From an uncultured Actinomycetes bacterium (GTDB lineage: Bacteria; Actinomycetota; Actinomycetes; Nanopelagicales; Nanopelagicaceae): a stretch of DNA of 64,000 nt. This document shows, piece after piece, positions 58,272 through 64,000 of this stretch (position 1 is its first letter; every line of letters starts with the position of its first letter). The stretch spans positions 2,250-66,249 of the forward strand of contig CAILKF010000015.1 in NCBI GenBank assembly GCA_903834705.1. The letters are read 5' to 3'. Below the pieces are notes generated by a model, which ran no database searches, was not told the DNA's origin, and was given only the letters and a program-made list of their open reading frames with translations. The position numbers and the translations under genes are program-made.

Positions 58272-59423
58272 ATGACCATATCTATAGGCGTGATTTGCCT
58301 CATTGTTGGAGCGCTTATCGGCTTCTTGATCGCACGAGTTCGAAGCGCAGGAGCACAAGCGCAACTCAGCGCGGCAAAAGGTTCGATCACAACGCTAGAA
58401 AAACAGATTGCCACAATGCAAAGTGCTCAAACCGAAACAACACGGGTCACTGCCGAGCTTGAGGCAATGAAGAAATCTGTTGAAACTCTAGCCTCTCAAG
58501 CACGAGAAGCTGATCGAAGCCGTATCGCTGCAGAGCAAGACATTCGTAAAGATTTAACAAACATGGCTGTAACAAATAAATCACTCCTTGATGAAACTAC
58601 AAAGATTGCTGGCGCGCTCTCAAGTTCACAAACTCGCGGAAAATTCGGCGAAGCACAACTCGAACAACTCCTTGAAAATGCCGGTCTTATTGAAGGTGAA
58701 CATTTCACACGGCAAAAATCTATCTCCGATAACGATGAGAAAATTGGTATCCCTGACGTTTCAATCTCATTGCCTGGTTCTAGCGTTTTGTTCATAGATT
58801 CAAAATTTCCTTTTGAGCGAATCTTGGATGCATTCGAAGAGAAAGATGCCGACCGTCGTGAAGCGTTAATTGTGGAACATGCTAAAGATCTACTCAAACA
58901 TGTCGATGCCCTAGCCAAACGTGGTTATGCAGATAAGGATTCATCACCAAATTTTGTCGTTCTCTTCGCTCCATTTGAGTCCATACTTACTGAAGCGCTT
59001 CGGGTTGATTCACGCCTACTTGAAAAAGCATTTTCTAAAGGTGTAACGATTGCAACGCCAACAACAATGATGGCTCTGCTTCGCACTGTTGGGTATATCT
59101 TCAGCAGAAATCGCCTTGCGGAAAGTGCTACAGAGATTCAAGAACTAGCCGGGACCTTCCTTAAAAACGTCGCTTCGCTTCATTCAAAAATTGTCACCGT
59201 TGGTGATCGCCTCAAGAGCACACTCAAGGCGTACAACGAGATGATCCCAACTGCCGAGAGCACTGTTCTTAGCCCCGCCAAGAAAATAATGAATCTTGGA
59301 GTATCTGGTTCAGCACTGAAGGGATTTCCTGAAGTGTCAGAAAACGTTCGGAGTTTAAAGAGTAATTTGGCTTTGGATGCGCCCGATGAGATTATTGATG
59401 TTGACGATGATGAGGAGGAATAG
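58272..59423 (+). CDS. rmuC: DNA recombination protein RmuC
   Basis: 383-aa ORF with an N-terminal TM helix, a coiled coil and a RmuC nuclease-like core (IPDVSISLPGSSVLFIDSKFP...NFVVLFAPFES). Confidence 0.83.
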   Translation: MTISIGVICLIVGALIGFLIARVRSAGAQAQLSAAKGSITTLEKQIATMQSAQTETTRVTAELEAMKKSVETLASQAREADRSRIAAEQDIRKDLTNMAVTNKSLLDETTKIAGALSSSQTRGKFGEAQLEQLLENAGLIEGEHFTRQKSISDNDEKIGIPDVSISLPGSSVLFIDSKFPFERILDAFEEKDADRREALIVEHAKDLLKHVDALAKRGYADKDSSPNFVVLFAPFESILTEALRVDSRLLEKAFSKGVTIATPTTMMALLRTVGYIFSRNRLAESATEIQELAGTFLKNVASLHSKIVTVGDRLKSTLKAYNEMIPTAESTVLSPAKKIMNLGVSGSALKGFPEVSENVRSLKSNLALDAPDEIIDVDDDEEE

Positions 59424-59824
59424 TGACAACGCCCACGGTCCAAAAGCCTGCGCTTAAACTCTCTACTGCTGGTCTCACTAAACCAGGCGTGGTTGTTTTA
59501 CAAACACTTTTTATCTCATTCTTTTCACTGATTGAATTAGTTTTCCGCCACGGAGTGGGAATACTTACTGGGTTAGCAATTTGCTTTGCAACCTTTGGTG
59601 GCAATCGTTTAGGTCGCAAAGGCACCGCATACGTTGCAGTCGTTACTCCGCCCCTCGCATTTGCTGGCTTTATCGCGATTGCAATTGTTGCCATCGATGG
59701 ATTACACCCATCGCGCGTTGGGCTCGACTTCATTGCATCTCTTGCCGGCACTGCGCCATACCTCATTGTGAGTGCGCTTTATGGTTGGTATGTTTTTTTC
59801 GATGCTAAGAAAAAGAAGAGGTAG
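59423..59824 (+). CDS. Small polytopic membrane protein (function unknown)
   Basis: 133-aa ORF with 3-4 TM helices and a Lys-rich tail. The GTG start overlaps the rmuC stop by 1 nt. Confidence 0.5.
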   Translation: MTTPTVQKPALKLSTAGLTKPGVVVLQTLFISFFSLIELVFRHGVGILTGLAICFATFGGNRLGRKGTAYVAVVTPPLAFAGFIAIAIVAIDGLHPSRVGLDFIASLAGTAPYLIVSALYGWYVFFDAKKKKR

Positions 59825-59828
59825 TTTT

Positions 59829-60005
59829 CTACTTTCCGCCAAGTAGGCGAGTAAAGAAATTGCCACCAGAGCTTTCAGACTTTGCGTTTTTATCACACGA
59901 ACACCGTTGACTCTTAGGAACCCCTTGGAGTGCTTGCTCTATGTGCTCGCCACATCCTGACCACGTAGGCTTCCCGCATTTTCTACACGTTACTTTGCTA
60001 CACAT
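59829..60005 (-). CDS. Cys-rich mini-protein (58 aa), conserved-hypothetical type
   Basis: Below the track cutoff. My translation is MCSKVTCRKCGKPTWSGCGEHIEQALQGVPKSQRCSCDKNAKSESSGGNFFTRLLGGK. A ribosome-binding site (AAGGATGA) precedes it, and it starts 27 nt after the CoADR-RHD stop. Confidence 0.6.
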   Translation of the reverse strand: MCSKVTCRKCGKPTWSGCGEHIEQALQGVPKSQRCSCDKNAKSESSGGNFFTRLLGGK

Positions 60006-60032
60006 GTTTTCATCCTTTTCTATGGTGTTTGA

Positions 60033-61676
60033 TTAGTTTGCTGAAGCGTAAGTAGCCATCGCTGGAGAATGGCTCCAGGTTTGATAGCCACCGTCAAGAT
60101 TAAGAGCTGTGAATCCATATTCTTTTAGCAATAACGCTGCGGTATGACCGCGAAGACCAACCTGGCAATTAACAACAACTCGCTTGGTTGATATTTCACT
60201 TAATCTTTCCCGCAACTCATCTACGGGAATATTGATTGAACCCGGTATGGTCCCCCGAGCAAACTCTGACGCAGTCCGCACGTCCACCATTTCATAGCCC
60301 TTCTCCTGGTACGCCAGCACTTCATGCCACTGGACATTGCCAGTCAATTTCGAAATTAAATTCTCTGCAATATAACCAAGCATATTTACAGGATCTTTCG
60401 CCGAGCCAAATGGTGGTGCGTAAGCTAATTCCAAGTCGGCAAGTTGGGGGCCTGTAAGTCCTCCGCGCATTGCCGTAGCAATCACATCAATGCGCTTATC
60501 GACTCCATCTTTACCAATTCCTTGCGCACCAAAGATTTCACCTGTTATGGGGTCTAACAAAATCTTGAGAGCCATAGTTTGAGCACCTGGGTAATAACCA
60601 GCATGCGAACCTGGGTGCGTATGAATTGCTTGGTATGCGCGCTTCTGGGCAATAAGGCGTTTCTCGTTCCAACCTGTAGTTGCAATCATTAGATCAAAAA
60701 CCTTAACAATGGCAGTCCCAATCGTGGAAATTGAACGAATAGATAGTCCGTTAATGTGATCCGCAACAGTTCTACCATGACGGTTTGCTAGGTTAGCCAA
60801 TGGAACAAGAGTGGCACTTTGGTCTATTGAATCTAACTTCTCAGCAGCATCGCCCACTGCATAAATATCAAAGTTACTTGTTTGGTTGAATTCATTTACG
60901 GCGATTCCTCCGCGAGTCCCAATTGTGACACCCGCACTCTTCGCTAACTCAATATCTGGTCGAACTCCAATTGCCATAATTACTAAATCACTTGGAAGCG
61001 TTGCCCCACTGGAAAGAGTGACTGATTCTTTAGTAATCGACGCAACGCTATCTCCAAGAATTACCTGGACCCCATTACGTTGCATCTCGTCAGCAACAAA
61101 AGTTGCCATCTCAGGATCCAACGGCGCTAATAGCTGAGGGGTGGCCTCGATGATTGCGGTTGAGATTCCTCTATGAATGAGGTTTTCAGCAATCTCAACA
61201 CCAATGAAGCCTCCACCAATAACAACTGCATTCTTTGGTCGTTGATTAACTTCGGCAACAATTCGCTCAACATCTTCAACGGTTCGCAGAGTGAGGGCGT
61301 TTTCCACGCCGGGAAGTGCGGGAACTATTGGAGAAGCACCGGGGCTGAGTATTAGCTTGTCATAGCTGATTTCAGAGGTTTCACCAGTAACCACATTTTG
61401 CGTCTTTATAAACTTTGTCGCGCTATTTATCGACAGTGCTTGCGTTAAGACACGCACATCCAATTTGAACCTTGCGTGAAGAGATGCGGGTGTTTGAAGA
61501 AAAAGTGAAGACTCGTCTTCTATAACTCCACCAACAAAATATGGTAAACCGCAGTTTGCATAAGAAACATGTCCACTTTTCTCCAACACAATAATCTCTG
61601 CATTTTCATTTAGCCGGCGCAAGCGAGTTGCGGCGGACATACCACCAGCGACACCGCCAACAATAACAATTTTCAT
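60033..61676 (-). CDS. CoA-disulfide reductase fused to a C-terminal rhodanese domain (CoA-persulfide reductase type)
   Basis: 547-aa ORF with an FAD motif (VIVGGVAGGMSAA), a redox Cys (SYANCGLPYF) and a C-terminal rhodanese active-site loop (VVNCQVGLRGH). Confidence 0.85.
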   Translation of the reverse strand: MKIVIVGGVAGGMSAATRLRRLNENAEIIVLEKSGHVSYANCGLPYFVGGVIEDESSLFLQTPASLHARFKLDVRVLTQALSINSATKFIKTQNVVTGETSEISYDKLILSPGASPIVPALPGVENALTLRTVEDVERIVAEVNQRPKNAVVIGGGFIGVEIAENLIHRGISTAIIEATPQLLAPLDPEMATFVADEMQRNGVQVILGDSVASITKESVTLSSGATLPSDLVIMAIGVRPDIELAKSAGVTIGTRGGIAVNEFNQTSNFDIYAVGDAAEKLDSIDQSATLVPLANLANRHGRTVADHINGLSIRSISTIGTAIVKVFDLMIATTGWNEKRLIAQKRAYQAIHTHPGSHAGYYPGAQTMALKILLDPITGEIFGAQGIGKDGVDKRIDVIATAMRGGLTGPQLADLELAYAPPFGSAKDPVNMLGYIAENLISKLTGNVQWHEVLAYQEKGYEMVDVRTASEFARGTIPGSINIPVDELRERLSEISTKRVVVNCQVGLRGHTAALLLKEYGFTALNLDGGYQTWSHSPAMATYASAN

Positions 61677-62077
61677 TAAGAATTCACCACCGGTAATCCT
61701 TGTGCTTGCCAGTCAATTATGCCGTTTTTTAAATTGAACATTGTCTTGAATCCGAATCCGGCCATTGCGTCAACTGCAAGGAGTGATCGACGTCCACTTC
61801 GGCAATAGACCGCATAGGTCGCGTTTTTATCTAACTTTAAAACTTCGTTTTCAAAAGTGTCAGTCTCAACATCAATATTTATCGCACCTGTAATGTGGCC
61901 TTGATTAAACTCATCTCTTGTCCGAACATCCAGCACCACAACACCGGCCTCTTGAGTCTTTGCAGAAAATTCTGATGCGTTCATATCTGTAATTGCTCCT
62001 CCTGTAGATGAACATCCACTCAACAATAGAGTGGCGGAAACTAAAAGCGCCGAACGTGCAATACTACGTATCTTCAT
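61676..62077 (-). CDS. Single-domain rhodanese with a lipoprotein signal peptide
   Basis: 133-aa ORF with a lipobox (LLLSGC at Cys22) and a rhodanese active-site loop (CRSGRRS). Confidence 0.8.
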   Translation of the reverse strand: MKIRSIARSALLVSATLLLSGCSSTGGAITDMNASEFSAKTQEAGVVVLDVRTRDEFNQGHITGAINIDVETDTFENEVLKLDKNATYAVYCRSGRRSLLAVDAMAGFGFKTMFNLKNGIIDWQAQGLPVVNS

Positions 62078-62087
62078 TGTTATTCCT

Positions 62088-62375
62088 TTACGCTAGGGAA
62101 AGAAAAAGTTTTTGTAGCTTTTCAGTAACTGCAGGCCCATTTTCTTTATCATCTTCGATGCACTCTTTAAGATTTGCGGCTATCAAAGTAAAGGCAGCGG
62201 TATTGATGGCCTTGCCAACTGCTGCCATCTGAACGACGATTTCTTCGCAGGTTCGGCCCTCTTCAAGCATGCGTACAACTGCACCCAATTGCCCATGGGC
62301 TCTTTTAAGTCTTTTGCTGAGCGCATCCAATTGCGTCGGATCTGAGAGCACATGCTCAGTTGCCTTCTTTGCCAT
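62088..62375 (-). CDS. CsoR-family metalloregulator-fold repressor, CstR-like (C-N-C ligand pattern)
   Basis: 95-aa ORF with Cys43 and Cys72, 29 residues apart as in CsoR C36/C65. The position of the Cu-ligand His (43+25) is Asn68. Confidence 0.78.
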   Translation of the reverse strand: MAKKATEHVLSDPTQLDALSKRLKRAHGQLGAVVRMLEEGRTCEEIVVQMAAVGKAINTAAFTLIAANLKECIEDDKENGPAVTEKLQKLFLSLA

Positions 62376-62414
62376 GGTTTACCCCCAATAAATGCTTACA
62401 GACGTGAGGTTAGC

Positions 62415-62430
62415 ATACCCCTAGGGGTAT
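62415..62430. promoter_or_regulatory. CsoR/CstR-type operator (perfect 16-bp palindrome)
   Basis: ATACCCCTAGGGGTAT lies 40 nt upstream of the repressor start, in the divergent region shared with the aldehyde dehydrogenase gene. Confidence 0.7.
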
Positions 62431-62564
62431 CTGTCAAATGAGCTAGTTAGGGCTCGTATTTAGGGTTGCCACTCAGAAAAGTTCTAGGTCATGAAAGAGG
62501 ACAGGCATAGCGTTCTGGGCAACAGGGTTCACGCCATCGTGCATAAACCTAATAAGGAGAAAAA

Positions 62565-64000
62565 ATGGGGAAAGTATTTGTTGCTCCTGGACAACCGGGG
62601 AGCATTGCCGTTTTCAAATCACGTTATGACCATTGGATCAATGGCGCATTTGTAAAGCCTAGTTCAGGACAGTACTTCGAAAATATCAGTCCTGTTAATG
62701 GCAAGGTTTTTTGTGAAGTTGCGAGAGGTAATGCTGCCGACGTCGAGTTAGCCCTCGATGCTGCGCACGCTGCTGCAGGTGCATGGGGCAAAACATCCGT
62801 CACTGAACGCTCCAATATCTTGCTCAAGATTGCAGATCGTATGGAGGCAAATCTTGAGGCGTTAGCAGTTGCAGAAACCTGGGAGAACGGAAAACCCGTT
62901 CGTGAAACTATGGCTGCAGATATGCCACTTGCTATCGATCACTTCCGCTATTTCGCAGGTTGTATACGTGCTCAAGAAGGCGCGCTGAGTGAAATCAATG
63001 ACGACACAGTTGCTTATCATTTTCACGAGCCACTTGGCGTTGTTGCGCAAATCATTCCGTGGAATTTCCCAATCTTGATGGCAGTCTGGAAATTGGCACC
63101 GGCACTTGCTGCTGGTAACTGTGTGGTTCTAAAACCTGCAGAGCAGACTCCAGTTTCGATTCACTTCTTAATGGATCTCATCAAAGATTTGCTTCCGCCT
63201 GGTGTTCTCAACATCATCAATGGATTCGGTGTTGAAGCTGGTAAGCCACTTGCCTCCTCACGCAGAATTGCAAAAGTTGCATTCACGGGTGAGACAACAA
63301 CGGGCCGTTTAATCATGCAATACGCTGCAGAAAACATCATTCCTGTCACGCTCGAACTCGGTGGCAAGAGCCCAAATATCTTCTTCAAGGATGTCGCTGA
63401 AGCCAATGATGATTTCTACGACAAAGCACTCGAGGGCTTCACAATGTTTGCCCTCAATCAAGGTGAAGTTTGCACATGTCCATCCCGTGCCTTGATTGAA
63501 ACCTCGATCTACGACAAGTTCTTAGCCGATGCTACGGCACGTACCAAGGCAGTTAAACAAGGAAATCCCCTTGATACAGACACCATGATTGGTGCCCAAT
63601 CAAGTAATGACCAACTAGAAAAGATTCTCTCCTACATTGATATTGGCAAAGCCGAGGGTGCTCGCCTTGTCACTGGTGGCGAGAGAGTAGATCTTGGCGG
63701 AGATCTCTCCGGTGGTTACTACATGGCTCCAACGATTTTCGAAGGAAAGAATTCGATGCGAATCTTTCAAGAAGAAATCTTTGGACCCGTTGTTTCTGTT
63801 ACGCGATTTGATGGCTTCGATGAAGCGATGAAAATCGCAAATGACACACTCTACGGTCTAGGCGCTGGTGTCTGGACACGAGACATGAACACTGGCTACC
63901 GTGCAGGTCGAGCAATTCAAGCAGGAAGAGTTTGGACGAATTGCTATCACGACTACGCAGCACACGCCGCTTTTGGTGGTTATAAGTCTTCAGGTATTGG
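62565..64000 (+). CDS. NAD(P)-dependent aldehyde dehydrogenase (partial; continues past the window end)
   Basis: Absent from the track because no stop codon falls in the window. My translation from the ATG at 62565 (after AAGGAGA) reads [30 protein letters not shown]... It carries the motifs [24 protein letters not shown] and EVCTCPSR (catalytic Cys). Confidence 0.9.
   Translation, partial: MGKVFVAPGQPGSIAVFKSRYDHWINGAFVKPSSGQYFENISPVNGKVFCEVARGNAADVELALDAAHAAAGAWGKTSVTERSNILLKIADRMEANLEALAVAETWENGKPVRETMAADMPLAIDHFRYFAGCIRAQEGALSEINDDTVAYHFHEPLGVVAQIIPWNFPILMAVWKLAPALAAGNCVVLKPAEQTPVSIHFLMDLIKDLLPPGVLNIINGFGVEAGKPLASSRRIAKVAFTGETTTGRLIMQYAAENIIPVTLELGGKSPNIFFKDVAEANDDFYDKALEGFTMFALNQGEVCTCPSRALIETSIYDKFLADATARTKAVKQGNPLDTDTMIGAQSSNDQLEKILSYIDIGKAEGARLVTGGERVDLGGDLSGGYYMAPTIFEGKNSMRIFQEEIFGPVVSVTRFDGFDEAMKIANDTLYGLGAGVWTRDMNTGYRAGRAIQAGRVWTNCYHDYAAHAAFGGYKSSGI

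Noticed and set aside
62088-62375. The CsoR-family gene as a copper sensor for the P1B ATPase, or as a FrmR-type aldehyde sensor for the adjacent aldehyde dehydrogenase.
   Set aside because: The Cu-ligand His position is Asn, and the ATPase lies 28 kb away. FrmR-type sensors need Pro2, and this protein starts MAKK. The operon content (two rhodanese domains and a CoADR) fits a CstR-like role better. Control of the divergent aldehyde dehydrogenase through the shared operator cannot be excluded.
62491-62655. 54-codon ORF (MKEDRHSVLGN...) upstream of, and overlapping, the aldehyde dehydrogenase start.
   Set aside because: It has no ribosome-binding site and overlaps the well-supported ALDH start in another frame. 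Its composition is not protein-like.

Overview
This window looks like core chromosome from a streamlined actinobacterium. By eye the GC content is in the mid-40s percent (not computed), and coding density is very high with many overlapping genes. A low-GC freshwater lineage such as acI/Nanopelagicales is a plausible source, but that is inference only.

I can support about 60 protein genes and 2 tRNAs. I found no rRNA, CRISPR array, IS element, integrase or prophage. Gene order forms three blocks that, from memory, are conserved in Mycobacterium and relatives:
- 1-17 kb, minus strand: argS-lysA-hom-thrC-thrB-rho-rpmE-prfA-prmC-sua5-glyA-wecA-atpI-like-atpBEFH-atpA.
- 26-31 kb: sigH-rsrA, an SRAP peptidase, aroA and rsgA.
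- 34-54 kb: UPF0182, a Lon-like protease, a DUF2342 metalloprotease, an M48/DUF45 peptidase, a DUF5679 mini-protein, an E1-like protein, an ABC1 kinase, whiB7, uvrD2, nudC and adnB-adnA.

Between and after these blocks lie an esterase-arsC-aquaglyceroporin unit, metY, kgd, sodX/sodN, a Cu-type P1B ATPase, typA, ychF, rmuC and a partial aldehyde dehydrogenase.

The most interesting items are:
1. A whiB7-type locus with a long leader containing a roughly 50-codon uORF and an intrinsic-terminator attenuator.
2. An orphan protein combining a RiPP-recognition-element-like domain with a degenerate E1 (ThiF-like) domain. It has no YcaO partner and no visible precursor peptide. It sits beside a stand-alone zinc-ribbon mini-gene that has a structured leader.
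3. A cst-like persulfide-stress operon: a CsoR-family repressor with a C-N-C ligand pattern, a lipoprotein rhodanese, a CoA-disulfide reductase fused to a rhodanese domain, and a Cys-rich mini-protein. A perfect 16-bp palindromic operator lies upstream.
4. A GGAAT-N18-GTT SigH/SigR-type promoter buried in the 3' end of the gene upstream of sigH.
5. A nested perfect inverted repeat with a C-rich apical loop, which is a candidate small RNA.

All calls come from reading the translations and the sequence. No database search or folding program was run.
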